A DNA stretch of 64,000 nucleotides from the NCBI GenBank assembly GCA_033809515.1, contig JAPXLN010000001.1, forward strand, positions 158,101 through 222,100. Reading direction: 5' to 3'. Shown one piece after another: positions 17,751-27,715 of this stretch (the stretch's first letter is position 1; each line of letters begins with the position of its first letter). This stretch comes from Bacillota bacterium. Its GTDB lineage: Bacteria; Bacillota; Sulfobacillia; Fermentithermobacillales; Fermentithermobacillaceae. The translations under genes were made by a program, and so were the position numbers. The notes under the pieces are model-generated. The model was not told the DNA's origin, did not search any database, and was given only the letters and a program-made list of their open reading frames with translations.

Positions 17751-18871
17751 CCCCTGTTGAAGAAGGCAAGATCTCCTCAGCTCAGATGCTGGGACTCCTG
17801 GTGGTTGCACGTCTGACCCCGCTCACCATCGGGGTGCCTTTTCTAACCGGAGTGGAGGTTCCCCAGGATGCCTGGATCGGAGCCTTAGTAGGGGCAGCCC
17901 TGTCAATTCCGCCTCTTCTCTTAGTCGCTCACCTGGGAAGCAAGTATCCCGGCCAGACAATCATCGAGTACAGCCAAAAACTTCTAGGCGCCTATCCGGG
18001 AAAGGCTCTCGGGCTTGTCTTAGTATGGTATTGGCTGGGAGGGGCTGCAGTGACCGCCAGATCCACCGGGGAAGCCTACGCCGTTGGAGTACTCAGCCGG
18101 ACCCCGCTCATCGTGGTCACAGGAGCAATGGTTCTCATAAGCGCCCAGTCAGCCAGATGCGGCCTTGAGGTTACTGCCCGAATAGGCCAAACTGTAGCAA
18201 TAGCAGTTCTGGGCATATTGCTGCTTATCACCCCGCTCCCATATTCTACCATGCACCCGGAGAACCTCCTGCCTGTTCTGCCCAAAGGCTTTGGCACAGT
18301 TATAGACTCGGCAGCGACAAATCTGGCCTTCTATATGCAGCTTATCATATCAGGTATGTTAATCCCCTACACCTCCAGGCCGAAGGAGGCCGGTCGCGTC
18401 ATTTGCTTTGCTGTTCTCATTACGAGTCTGCTTGCAGTGATTCTAACAACAAGCGTAGTGCTGGTTTTCGGCCCCACTGCGCCAACGCTGGTTCTGCCTA
18501 CCCTCAGTCTGGCAAGGCAGATAAGCATCGGCCAGTTTCTCGAAAGGGTTGAGGTGATCTCCTTGACAGCATGGACCGTCACCTCAGCGTTGAAGACCTC
18601 CCTCTTTCTGTGGGCAAGCGCCACGGGGCTAGCTCAGATCTTTGGCCTCAAGCGCTTTCAGCCGCTTGTTTACCCGCTGGCATCGTTGGTCCTAACCTTC
18701 AGCATTGTATTCTTTCAGAGTCTCCTTGAGGTCCACCTGTATTTCAAGAGCATCTGGACGGTCTACTCGCCTGTGGTAGCTTCCGGCAGCATTCTGATTC
18801 TTGTTGCTGCTCATGCAATATCCTCTAGGTCTGGCCCCTTCGCTGGGAAAGCCAGAGGGCCCGGAAAATGA
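17747..18871 (+). CDS. gerAB: Spore germination protein, GerAB family (APC-type permease).
   Basis: Polytopic membrane protein. Its ATG overlaps the gerAA stop (ATGA). The 17612 start in the provided ORF is upstream read-through. Confidence 0.8.
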   Translation: MTPVEEGKISSAQMLGLLVVARLTPLTIGVPFLTGVEVPQDAWIGALVGAALSIPPLLLVAHLGSKYPGQTIIEYSQKLLGAYPGKALGLVLVWYWLGGAAVTARSTGEAYAVGVLSRTPLIVVTGAMVLISAQSARCGLEVTARIGQTVAIAVLGILLLITPLPYSTMHPENLLPVLPKGFGTVIDSAATNLAFYMQLIISGMLIPYTSRPKEAGRVICFAVLITSLLAVILTTSVVLVFGPTAPTLVLPTLSLARQISIGQFLERVEVISLTAWTVTSALKTSLFLWASATGLAQIFGLKRFQPLVYPLASLVLTFSIVFFQSLLEVHLYFKSIWTVYSPVVASGSILILVAAHAISSRSGPFAGKARGPGK

Positions 18872-20103
18872 CGAGCACGCCGAGACTCTGGGTCAAACTT
18901 GCGCTGACGGCAATCACAATAGCTGCGTTGGCGGTAACCCTAACAGGCTGTTGGGATAGGGCGGAAATCGAGACTCTGGGATTTGTCACCGCCATAGGAA
19001 TAGACGAAGCTCAAGAAGAAGGGAAAATACTGATCACCCTGCAGGTGGCAAGACCGGCGAGCATCAGCCGTGGCTCAGAAGGAGGTCCCTCTCAGGAGAG
19101 AGCTTTTTGGGTTGTGGAAAGCACAGGCACTACCATATACGAAGCTCTCAGGAATCTGAACGCTGTATCTCCTCGTCGCATCTACTTCCCTCATTGCCGC
19201 CTTGTCCTCTTCGGCCAGGAGTTTGCCCAAAATGGCGTTGGCAGAGCTATTGATTGGTTCGACCGGAGTTCCGAGGCCAGAAGGCTCATGCACGTTGTGG
19301 TGGCCAAAGGAACCGCATGGGAGATGATGCAGGCAGAGTTCGAGCTTGAGCCTATGGCAGCTGAAGGGCTAGAGCGGTTAACCATGAACGCTCATGCCCG
19401 GCTTTCTACAGCCCTGCCATCAACCCTAAACGATTTTCTTCAGGCACTGGAACGCGAAGGCATGGACCCTGCAGGGATCGGCGCAATGATCGCTGTTAAG
19501 AAACCAGATCCTGCTATAACAGGCCAGCTGAAACGAGAAGAGGTCAGATCCTCCCCGGTGATATCAGGAACCGCTGTCTTCAAAGATGATAGGCTGGTCG
19601 GATGGCTCGAGCCCAATGAAACCCGGGGATTCAGCTGGCTGGTGTCTAAGGCAAAAGGAAGCCTCATAGTCATAGAGCAACCCGATTCCGGAAGCAAAAA
19701 GACCGCTTTTGCGTCAATAGAGGTCCTTCGGTCCAAGCGCACGGTCAAGGTGCAGACCAACCAGGAGAAGGTCTCGTTTACAGTGACCCTGGATATCGAA
19801 GGTAACCTGGGGGAGGTCCAGGGGTTCATGGATCCGCTGAAAAACCCCGGTATCTGGACAGAAATGGAACGCCGGATGGCTGAGCGTATTCTTCAGGATG
19901 CCGAATCGGCGCTGCACAAAGCTCAGGAACTGGGTGCCGACATATTTGGTTTCGGCGCAGAGGTGTACCGAAAATCCCCCAAACTCTGGGAAGAGATCAA
20001 AGATAGGTGGGATAGTGAGTTCCCGGTCCTGGACGTGAAGATCGAAGTAAAAGCTAAGCTTCGAACGCTGGGACTAACCATACGTCCGGCGAAGATCAAG
20101 TAA
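18868..20103 (+). CDS. gerAC: Spore germination lipoprotein, GerAC family.
   Basis: Lipobox LTGC near the N-terminus. GerxC-like. ATGA overlap with gerAB. Confidence 0.8.
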   Translation: MTSTPRLWVKLALTAITIAALAVTLTGCWDRAEIETLGFVTAIGIDEAQEEGKILITLQVARPASISRGSEGGPSQERAFWVVESTGTTIYEALRNLNAVSPRRIYFPHCRLVLFGQEFAQNGVGRAIDWFDRSSEARRLMHVVVAKGTAWEMMQAEFELEPMAAEGLERLTMNAHARLSTALPSTLNDFLQALEREGMDPAGIGAMIAVKKPDPAITGQLKREEVRSSPVISGTAVFKDDRLVGWLEPNETRGFSWLVSKAKGSLIVIEQPDSGSKKTAFASIEVLRSKRTVKVQTNQEKVSFTVTLDIEGNLGEVQGFMDPLKNPGIWTEMERRMAERILQDAESALHKAQELGADIFGFGAEVYRKSPKLWEEIKDRWDSEFPVLDVKIEVKAKLRTLGLTIRPAKIK

Positions 20104-20128
20104 GGGGGAGACCTTCACGCATACCTTT

Positions 20129-20335
20129 TTGGTCATACTCAGCTTCTTTCTGGTCGTTTTGTGTGAAGCTCCCGGCATAATCAGAAACAAAGAGTGGAAG
20201 ACACTAGCTGTGGTTATGGTCCTGATAGCTGCAGGACTGACTCTTGCCTTGCTTCAAACCATTACCGGAAGCGCGCCCAATCCCATGAAGGTCATCGCCT
20301 TTCTGGTGGAAAGCCTTAAATCTGTGTTTCGATAG
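20129..20335 (+). CDS. Small membrane protein, possible fourth gene of the germinant operon.
   Basis: 68-aa ORF with two hydrophobic helices. TTG start. The RBS is distant. Confidence 0.3.
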   Translation: MVILSFFLVVLCEAPGIIRNKEWKTLAVVMVLIAAGLTLALLQTITGSAPNPMKVIAFLVESLKSVFR

Positions 20336-20376
20336 CTAAAGACTCAAAGAATCTTACCCCTCACACAGATTACCCC

Positions 20377-21237
20377 TTACACAGCTGCTTGCAGAACAAT
20401 ACTGTCCTCTCCCAGAACGCTGACGAGATTCCTTCTGAAAACCATAGGGTCGCCTGAACAAAAGAACTTGTACTCCGGTTCCCCTTTGCGCTTTGACAGA
20501 AGCTCTCTTTCCTCTAGCATGGCCTTCATGGTCATGACTGTTTGAACCGCCGGATCGATGAGTTCAACCCCAGGCAGCGCTTCCTCAATATACCCTGCAA
20601 GCAGCGGAAAATGAGTGCAGCCCATAATCAGAACATCCACAGGGGACTCATGGAAAACCTTCATGTACCTTCTCGCAGCGTCTCTGACGGCGGTCTCGTC
20701 AAACTGCCCGGCCTCCACCAGCATGACAAAGTCGGGACATGCCTGTTTCAGCGGCCCGTTCCTCAAGCCAAGGTGGGCAAGCTCCTGGTCGTATACTCCG
20801 CTTGCTACAGTGGCCTCAGTAGCGATGAGTCCCACTCTGGAACCGGAACCTCCCACTGCCATGGCAGCTTCTGATCCGGGACGTATGACCCCTACAACAG
20901 GACCGGGGAAACTGGACTGAACCGCCCCAAGCCCGGCAGCCGTAGCAGTATTGCAGGCTATAACGATAGCTTTGGCCCCTTGAGCTAACAGAAACTCGGA
21001 TATTTCAACTGAAAACCGGGAGATCTGAGACTGAGGTCTCGTGCCGTAGGGTAGACGACCGGTATCGGCAAAATACAGCACGCTTTCGTTAGGAAGAATC
21101 CTTCTGATTTCCCTCACCACTGTAAGGCCGCCGGAACCTGAATCGAAAACGCCAATGGGGGCATCAGCACCTAGACTACAAACCCCTTCGTATCTGCAGA
21201 TGCGTCTTGTCACTTTTCGATCACGCCTTTGCAGCAT
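20377..21237 (-). CDS. murI: Glutamate racemase.
   Basis: IGVFDSGSGGLTV and CNTA motifs. The start is trimmed to an internal ATG because the longest ORF (to 21333) adds an unsupported 32-aa extension. Confidence 0.8.
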   Translation of the reverse strand: MLQRRDRKVTRRICRYEGVCSLGADAPIGVFDSGSGGLTVVREIRRILPNESVLYFADTGRLPYGTRPQSQISRFSVEISEFLLAQGAKAIVIACNTATAAGLGAVQSSFPGPVVGVIRPGSEAAMAVGGSGSRVGLIATEATVASGVYDQELAHLGLRNGPLKQACPDFVMLVEAGQFDETAVRDAARRYMKVFHESPVDVLIMGCTHFPLLAGYIEEALPGVELIDPAVQTVMTMKAMLEERELLSKRKGEPEYKFFCSGDPMVFRRNLVSVLGEDSIVLQAAV

Positions 21238-21421
21238 GGTCTTTCCCGGTGAACCGACGTTTCTGGTATGGTGAAAAGTCTGTAAAGCCTGAGTAGATTG
21301 ATTATAGCATACCCTGGAAATCTCGGATAGCATGCCCTATACTGGAAAGGCTGAGTTCGTGCACCAGCGTCTGTGTTTGTGTATTATCTATTCGGGCATG
21401 TGCATCTCAGGAAACCGGGTG

Positions 21422-22675
21422 ATGAGAATCAGTCTGTTCAGGTTCCAGCGCAACGCTAACCTCTACCTCATGAGCATTTCAATGAGATCTCTGGCTCAGG
21501 GTGCGTTTGGCGTGATTCAGGGGTTATATATCCTATCGCTTGGGTTCGACGAAACCGTTCTGGGCACTATCCTTTCTGCACGCATGCTATCTGCAGCCGT
21601 CGCTTCTTTGCCGGCAGGAATACTCTCTGACCGGATAGGCCGCAGACCGGTCCTGGTCACGGCAGGGGTGATGACCACCGTAGGCTACCTAGGGATGGCA
21701 GTATCATCCAGTCCCGCAATGATGGTTCTTTTCTCATGTGTCAACGGCATTGCCATGGCTTGCCAGGCAACCTCCGGAGCGCCGCTCCTGGCAGAGTCAA
21801 GCACGCCTGCTGACAGAGCCAGGCTGTTCGGAGTCAACTTCTCCCTAAGCATGGCTGCGACCATGATTGGAAGCCTTGTGGGAGGCGTGCTTCCGGGCAA
21901 GCTTCTTTTCCTGGGGGAATCCTCATCTTTTCGCTGGTCGTTGCTTGTTTTCGCCGCTATCACTCTGGGGGGAGTCTGGCCTGCACGGAGAATCGAGGAG
22001 GATCCCCCGAGCAGGCCCGAACCGGCAGAGCCTTCCGCCAAACCCATCTCAGTGCTTACCCACGAGCTTCGTTCATTGACCGAGACCGCAAGAGAAAAGG
22101 ACATACTCTGTCTTTTGACCTATGGCGTGCTCATAGGCTTTGGGGCAGGTCTGGTGGTTCCGTTCTTCAACGTTTTCCTTTCACAAAAACTAGGCATCCA
22201 GACGGCCACCATAGGCCTGATAATGTCAGTCTGCAACGGAGCTACAGCTATAGCAGGACTGGTAGCTCCTGTGTTGGCTGAAAAATACGGCCCGGTTGCC
22301 ACAGTGGTGGGAACACAAATCGCATCTATCCCGTTTTTGATGCTCATAGCTCTTCCTCCTAACGTTTACCTAGTATCCGTAGCTCTTTTCATGCGTTCGG
22401 CCCTCATGAATATGTCGAGTCCGGTAGCGTCCACTGTCTCTATGGAGCTTGCCGGTCCTGACCGGAGAGGCAGAATCTCAAGCCTCATGCGAATTGCCGA
22501 CAACGTGGCCAGAGCTCTCAGCGCAGTAGCGGCAGGTTATATCATGTCAAAGTGGGGCTATGAGGTTCCCTATTTCTTCACCGCTGTTCTCTACTTCGCA
22601 GCCAGCATTGTCTACTGGAAAGCTTTTCGGGACAGGGATAAGCATAGGAGGGGATCTATGTGGACTCCACAATGA
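21422..22675 (+). CDS. MFS transporter.
   Basis: 12-TM pattern and the MFS loop motif (SDRIGRRP). Start placed at the in-frame ATG with an AGGAAA RBS. The longest ORF starts at 21332. Confidence 0.7.
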   Translation: MRISLFRFQRNANLYLMSISMRSLAQGAFGVIQGLYILSLGFDETVLGTILSARMLSAAVASLPAGILSDRIGRRPVLVTAGVMTTVGYLGMAVSSSPAMMVLFSCVNGIAMACQATSGAPLLAESSTPADRARLFGVNFSLSMAATMIGSLVGGVLPGKLLFLGESSSFRWSLLVFAAITLGGVWPARRIEEDPPSRPEPAEPSAKPISVLTHELRSLTETAREKDILCLLTYGVLIGFGAGLVVPFFNVFLSQKLGIQTATIGLIMSVCNGATAIAGLVAPVLAEKYGPVATVVGTQIASIPFLMLIALPPNVYLVSVALFMRSALMNMSSPVASTVSMELAGPDRRGRISSLMRIADNVARALSAVAAGYIMSKWGYEVPYFFTAVLYFAASIVYWKAFRDRDKHRRGSMWTPQ

Positions 22676-23250
22676 CCCTTGCAGAGCTCCGGAAACGAGT
22701 AAGCAGTGCCGCAAAGGCCATGAGCCAGCTCGGGCTTGCTCGCATGACATCGGGAAACGTCTCGGGAAGACATCCCCCAACAGGGCTGATAGCTATTACA
22801 CCTTCAGGCTTTCCCTACGATCTGCTAAAGCCGGAAGACATAGTCCTGATAGATGCCGGCGGAAATGTGGCAGACGGAAAGCATGAGCCGTCATCTGAAA
22901 CCCCCATGCATACGCTCATCTACCGCAGCAATCCTGAGGTTAACGGAATTGTCCATACTCACTCGGTTTACGCCACAGTCTTTGCCGTTCTAAACCGGGA
23001 GCTTCCTGCTGTGACGGTTCCGCTTGCATCCTTTGGCCCTGTTTTGGTCGCTCCGTTTCAGCCCCCAGGGTCCTTAGAGTTAGCGCAAGAGGTAGTCCGG
23101 CGCCTCAAGCAATGCCCTGGCGCGGTGCTAATGCAGAACCACGGGGCAGTATGCGCTGCAGATACAGTGGAATCAGCACTGGAAACTGCTGTTTATCTGG
23201 AAGAAGGCGCACAGGTCGCACTTCTGGCCTTGCTGGCAGGCCGTCCATGA
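22660..23250 (+). CDS. Class II aldolase/adducin-family protein.
   Basis: Conserved HTHS and E...H metal-binding region. Strong GGAGGGG RBS. Confidence 0.7.
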   Translation: MDSTMTLAELRKRVSSAAKAMSQLGLARMTSGNVSGRHPPTGLIAITPSGFPYDLLKPEDIVLIDAGGNVADGKHEPSSETPMHTLIYRSNPEVNGIVHTHSVYATVFAVLNRELPAVTVPLASFGPVLVAPFQPPGSLELAQEVVRRLKQCPGAVLMQNHGAVCAADTVESALETAVYLEEGAQVALLALLAGRP

Positions 23251-23986
23251 GTTCCGCAAGTTCTTCCGGCTCCAGCCGGAAATGAGCCAGAACGCCTCCG
23301 GGCCAGTAACCCAGGGCATTGTCCTCACTTGGGTACCTGGAACCGTGATGCAGTATCTTGGGCACTCCGTTGCGATACCTCGAATCAGAGACAATACCTA
23401 TATGATCGTGGTTGGCGCCAAGTATCACTATGTCCCCGGGCTGCCATTCTTTCAGATTCTCAGGATCCCACGGCTTCACTTCGTTGGTCATGGTTATGGC
23501 ATGGCGCTTGAGAAACACATAGAGGTTGGGAACGCGGCGAAAATCGATGTTGGAGTCGGGGTGACCCTCAACCCTGGGATACTCCTTAAGGGCCGAAGCG
23601 ATGTCTTTGTCCAGCATGGATTTTAGGTCATAGCCTGCGTATTGAAAGGCGCGCCAAACCAGGTCCGTGCAGACTCCTTCGCTGTCAGGGGGATAGCCCC
23701 CGGCATAGTACGCACTTCTGTACAACGGCTTGCGGTCAACCTGGACCCTGGCGCCCTCTACGAGGTCAAGGGCGTCATCCTTCCCGTTGCCGTTTTGGTC
23801 GTGGTCAAGCAGGCTTGTTTGCACGTTAAGGGGAGGCCTCAGCCACATGCCTAGCCACCCGAGACCCTGTCCCCTCAGATGCGGCACGCACCAAACGACC
23901 AACCATGCAACCGCGATAAGGCCCATGACCCAAGCCATAGCAGGGAGAGGACCCCGCAATCTCCTACCCCTTGCGAGACGACCCAC
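23105..23986 (-). CDS. DUF1287-like secreted or membrane-anchored protein.
   Basis: N-terminal hydrophobic segment. Central YAGGYPPDSEGVCTDLVWRAF region consistent with my recollection of DUF1287. The 3' tail overlaps the aldolase gene by 146 bp on the opposite strand. Confidence 0.45.
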   Translation of the reverse strand: MGRLARGRRLRGPLPAMAWVMGLIAVAWLVVWCVPHLRGQGLGWLGMWLRPPLNVQTSLLDHDQNGNGKDDALDLVEGARVQVDRKPLYRSAYYAGGYPPDSEGVCTDLVWRAFQYAGYDLKSMLDKDIASALKEYPRVEGHPDSNIDFRRVPNLYVFLKRHAITMTNEVKPWDPENLKEWQPGDIVILGANHDHIGIVSDSRYRNGVPKILHHGSRYPSEDNALGYWPGGVLAHFRLEPEELAELMDGLPARPEVRPVRLLPDKQQFPVLIPLYLQRILPRGSALAPRQGIA

Positions 23987-24229
23987 CGGCCTACTGTACC
24001 TCCTTATCTCCTGTAGCCATAATGGCCTTCATAAGCTCCCTGAGGGTCTGGTCGTCCATGTCGGGGCCGGGCTTGAACAGAATCTTGGCTGGCCTTCGCC
24101 CTTTCGAATCCCTATGCGTCTTGTCAGGAGACTTCGACATAAACAATCACACCCCCACTGCAGTAATAGGGAGATTCTGATAAGAGAATCCCGGATTTGG
24201 CCGCTTTCGAAGGTTGCGCCTGCTGAAAG

Positions 24230-24317
24230 TGGTGCCGGGGGCGGGAGTCGAACCCGCACGGGGGGTCACCCCACGCGATTTTGAGTCGCGCATGACTGCC
24301 TATTCCATCACCCCGGC
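24230..24317 (-). tRNA. tRNA-Leu (anticodon CAA).
   Basis: Manual cloverleaf. Acceptor GCCGGGG/CCCCGGC. Anticodon stem CGCGA/TCGCG with loop CTCAAAA. Long variable arm GGGG-TGA-CCCC. T-arm GCGGG-TTCGACT-CCCGC. Discriminator A and an encoded CCA. Confidence 0.85.
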
Positions 24318-24419
24318 ACTCGCAAAAATCATTGTAGCACGAATGCCACCGCAGCAACAAGCTGAGAGTAAGCTGATCCGGGTACTCAATCCCAAGGGTC
24401 CTGAGAATCCCGAGCGCTG

Positions 24420-24812
24420 TCAATAGTTGATCAAGATGAACTTCCGTATCCATCGCTTGATAGCTGTGCGAAACAGAGAGCGAGTGGGACTCAGCATTAG
24501 GACTACCCCGGTAACATCAGTAATCACACCGGGGGTAATGAGTAACAAAGCGCCAATCACCACAAGAACCCCGTCGATGATCTCATCTTCAGGAATGTGC
24601 CCCAGGGAGATCTCTTCTTTCGCGCGCCTAATGACCCCATATCCCTCAGCTGTCAGGAGAGTCCCTCCCAGGAGTGCGGTTCCAATAACCAGGCAAACTG
24701 TCGAAAACGTGCCAATACGGCGACCAATCTCGATGAGAAGAGCTATCTCAAGGATGGGGATTGCTGTAAAGACAAGGAAACCAACTATCCCCAGGCGAGT
24801 CTTCCATCTCAC
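24420..24812 (-). CDS. fxsA: FxsA-family cytoplasmic membrane protein.
   Basis: N-terminal helices plus the conserved EIALLIE...TPG region. Confidence 0.7.
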   Translation of the reverse strand: MRWKTRLGIVGFLVFTAIPILEIALLIEIGRRIGTFSTVCLVIGTALLGGTLLTAEGYGVIRRAKEEISLGHIPEDEIIDGVLVVIGALLLITPGVITDVTGVVLMLSPTRSLFRTAIKRWIRKFILINY

Positions 24813-24952
24813 TGACTGTCACCTCGCTGGCGAGAAGTCCCTGTAGCCGAGCCGACATACTGATACCTCAGAAGCCTTCGGAACTCCTCTTTGCAGACAA
24901 ACATTCCTTCCTACCCCGCCGCCCTCGCCTGGCCGCCCTTGCTTGGCCGCCA

Positions 24953-25072
24953 TTACTGTTCCTTATCCTTGACCAGCATGTGAATTGTGGCGCAGAGAAT
25001 CGCCATGACCACGAAAGTAGCTGCCATAGAGGTGGCGCTTATCTTCAGTGTCTCCCTGAGCAAAGCTCCCAT
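24953..25072 (-). CDS. Candidate 39-aa single-TM peptide downstream of oadB. Not in the supplied ORF track.
   Basis: ATG preceded by a GAGGGGGAT RBS. One hydrophobic helix. Below the 60-aa cutoff of the track. Confidence 0.3.
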   Translation of the reverse strand: MGALLRETLKISATSMAATFVVMAILCATIHMLVKDKEQ

Positions 25073-25110
25073 CCTTGTATCCCCCTCCCGATTGACCTTG
25101 ACGCCCTTTC

Positions 25111-26211
25111 CTACTTGACAAGAGTCAAGATCATAGCCCCGGCAAGAACTGACGCTATCTGCCCTGCCACGTTAGCTCCGACAGCCTGCATAAGAACGAA
25201 GTTTCCGGGCTCTTCTTCCTGAGCCATACGCTGGATTACCCTGGCCGACATGGGAAACGCTGATATGCCGCAAGCGCCTATCATAGGGTTTATTTTCTTC
25301 TTCAGAAACAGATTGATAAACCTCGCAAACAATACTCCGACAGCGGTATCAAGAGCAAACGCGAACAGGCCCATTGCAATGATCTTCAGCGTCGCAGGCT
25401 GCAGAAACTGGTCAGCGGTCATGGTGGAACCTATGGTGATCCCCAGAAGCAGCGAAACAAGGTTCACAAGCTCATTCTGCGCAGTCCTTGAAAGCACGTC
25501 CACAACTCCTGATTCCCGAAGAAGATTGCCGAACATGAGCGAACCAACCAGGGCCAGGCTGATGGGCGCCACCATGCCTGCCACAGCAGTGACCACCAGA
25601 GGAAAGAGTATCCGAGTTCTTCTGGGAAGAACTGACTGAGGCACAGGCTCCATCCTTATTCGTCTTTCCTCAGACGTGGTTAGCGTTCTCACAATCGGCG
25701 GCTGTATAATCGGAACCAGGGCCATGTAGGAGTAAGCAGCCACCGAAATGGGAGCTAGAAGGTGCCTGGCAAACCGGGTAGATACGTAGATGGCAGTAGG
25801 CCCGTCGGCAGCGCCGATGATACCTATGGCCGCTGCCTCCCGAAGGTCGAAACCGAACAAGACAGCCAGTCCCATTGTCAGGAATATACCCATTTGGGCA
25901 GCTGCCCCCAAAAAGAGCATGAAAGGCTGATCCAGGAGCGGGCCGAAATCTATCATAGCTCCGATTCCTATGAAGATCAAAATAGGAAAAAGCTCAGTGA
26001 TAATGCCCGCCTCATAGAGCCTGGTCAAAAACCCGTTAGGACCCACCGCCGAAGAACCGGGGAAGTTGGAGATGATAGCTCCAAATCCTATAGGCAAGAG
26101 CAATACAGGCTCGTAGTTCTTTTTGATAGCAAGGTAAATGAGAATCGATCCAACGCCCATCATGGTCGCTTGCTGCCATGTCATGTCAAGCAGACCTGAA
26201 AACAGACCCAA
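25111..26211 (-). CDS. oadB: Sodium-ion-translocating decarboxylase beta subunit. OadB / GcdB / MmdB family.
   Basis: Family-typical N-terminus (MGLFSGLLDMTWQQ...) and polytopic architecture. 366 aa. Confidence 0.75.
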   Translation of the reverse strand: MGLFSGLLDMTWQQATMMGVGSILIYLAIKKNYEPVLLLPIGFGAIISNFPGSSAVGPNGFLTRLYEAGIITELFPILIFIGIGAMIDFGPLLDQPFMLFLGAAAQMGIFLTMGLAVLFGFDLREAAAIGIIGAADGPTAIYVSTRFARHLLAPISVAAYSYMALVPIIQPPIVRTLTTSEERRIRMEPVPQSVLPRRTRILFPLVVTAVAGMVAPISLALVGSLMFGNLLRESGVVDVLSRTAQNELVNLVSLLLGITIGSTMTADQFLQPATLKIIAMGLFAFALDTAVGVLFARFINLFLKKKINPMIGACGISAFPMSARVIQRMAQEEEPGNFVLMQAVGANVAGQIASVLAGAMILTLVK

Positions 26212-26479
26212 TTGAGTACCCTCCCCTCAAAATCAGAAACCTCTATCCCGCCAATAGGGATAAAGGTCTCACTAGTCAAGGTCCGCCGGGTCATCAGACC
26301 GTGTTGACGGCGGATACCCCCGGAACGTTCTCTAAGATGCAAACGCCTGTTCCGGGAAGTTACTCCCCTTTACCTCCGAGCACTGTGCTGACGCGTCTCG
26401 GCTGTTAAGGTAATCCTACAGTCAAACCAGGCAATGTGCAAGCTCATACCGCACACATCCTATGATGCCCATCACACAG

Positions 26480-27436
26480 CTACCGTGCAAGATCCTGAGC
26501 CAGGTCATAAAGGTCCATGTCAATAGCTTTCTTATGGCTCAAGACCTGCCCAACCGGAGTGGAAACGACCGCATCGCCCTTGATACCCATGACCAGGTCA
26601 GCCCCTCCGGCCAAAAGCGAGTCCACAGCTTTTGCCCCAAGCCTCGAGGCAATAAGCCTGTCAAAAGCAGTGGGAGCTCCTCCTCGCTGAACGTGCCCAA
26701 GGACGGTTACCCGGGTTTCAAGCCCCATGTGCCTCTCAATGTCCTTGGCCACTTCGAAACCGCTTACCGCCCCCTCGGCAACCACTATGATGCTGTGAAC
26801 CTTTCCACGGTCCAGCCCCCTGCGAAGCCTTTTGCACACTTCCTCCATGTCAGGCCTAAACTCAGGAACCAGGATAGCTTCAGCGCCTCCGGCGACTCCT
26901 ACAGCCAAAGCCAAATGCCCGGAATGACGCCCCATTGTCTCAATCACAAAGATCCGCTCATGAGAAGTGGCAGTATCTCTCAGGCGGTTAACAGCTTCGG
27001 TACCCGTATTCACCGCTGTATCAAAACCAATGCAAAAACCCGTATAAGCTATGTCATTGTCTATGGTGGCAGGGACTCCTATGGCCCTTACGTTGCGCTT
27101 ACACAGCTGTGCCATACCTCGAAGACTGCCCTCTCCGCCAATGACCACAAGCCCGTTAAGTCCTGCTCCGCGAACTCTTGCCGCGGCTAAATCCAATCCT
27201 TCAGGGTGCAGCATCCTTTCAGAACGGGCCGTATGCAGAATAGTCCCTCCGCGATGAATAATGTCCCCGACTGACTCCACACCCATCTTGACCATATCGC
27301 CGTCCAGAAGCCCGTCATATCCCCTCCTTATACCGAATATCCGGAGTTCCAGGGATATAGCCCGGCGCACCACAGCTCGAATGGCTGCATTCATGCCAGG
27401 TGCATCGCCGCCGCTTGTGAGAACTCCTATGTTCAT
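26480..27436 (-). CDS. pfkA: ATP-dependent 6-phosphofructokinase.
   Basis: GVLTSGGDAPGMNAAIR N-terminal motif. 318 aa. Confidence 0.9.
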   Translation of the reverse strand: MNIGVLTSGGDAPGMNAAIRAVVRRAISLELRIFGIRRGYDGLLDGDMVKMGVESVGDIIHRGGTILHTARSERMLHPEGLDLAAARVRGAGLNGLVVIGGEGSLRGMAQLCKRNVRAIGVPATIDNDIAYTGFCIGFDTAVNTGTEAVNRLRDTATSHERIFVIETMGRHSGHLALAVGVAGGAEAILVPEFRPDMEEVCKRLRRGLDRGKVHSIIVVAEGAVSGFEVAKDIERHMGLETRVTVLGHVQRGGAPTAFDRLIASRLGAKAVDSLLAGGADLVMGIKGDAVVSTPVGQVLSHKKAIDMDLYDLAQDLAR

Positions 27437-27437
27437 G

Positions 27438-27713
27438 CTATGCCTTAACAGCTCCTACCAGCTGCATTATCAGAGAGTGTGCCTCCTGCGCCTCGCTCTT
27501 GGGAACGAGTAGTTCCACGTGCCTTGACGAGCTGTCACAACCTGCACCATTACTTCGTAACATGACTAAGAGACCTTCTTGAGATAGCCTGTTCTTCATG
27601 GTTTCAGCTTGACGCCAGCCTGACGCAACATACACCACCGTCCACACAGGCAGGCCCATGCGCCCCGGAACCGGGGCTGCGGGCTTCCCTCCTTCCGCTA
27701 CCTGGTATTTCAC
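27438..27713 (-). CDS. Hypothetical 91-aa protein between dnaE and pfkA.
   Basis: ORF only. Tightly packed between the flanking genes. Confidence 0.4.
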   Translation of the reverse strand: MKYQVAEGGKPAAPVPGRMGLPVWTVVYVASGWRQAETMKNRLSQEGLLVMLRSNGAGCDSSSRHVELLVPKSEAQEAHSLIMQLVGAVKA

Positions 27714-27715
27714 CG

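Noticed and set aside
20377-21422. Longest-ORF N-terminal extensions of murI (to 21333) and the MFS gene (from 21332) that abut head-to-head.
   Set aside because: The extensions leave no divergent promoter region and add non-conserved residues, so internal starts with RBSs were preferred.
24214-24426. 70-aa plus-strand ORF.
   Set aside because: It overlaps the tRNA-Leu gene on the opposite strand and is almost certainly spurious.
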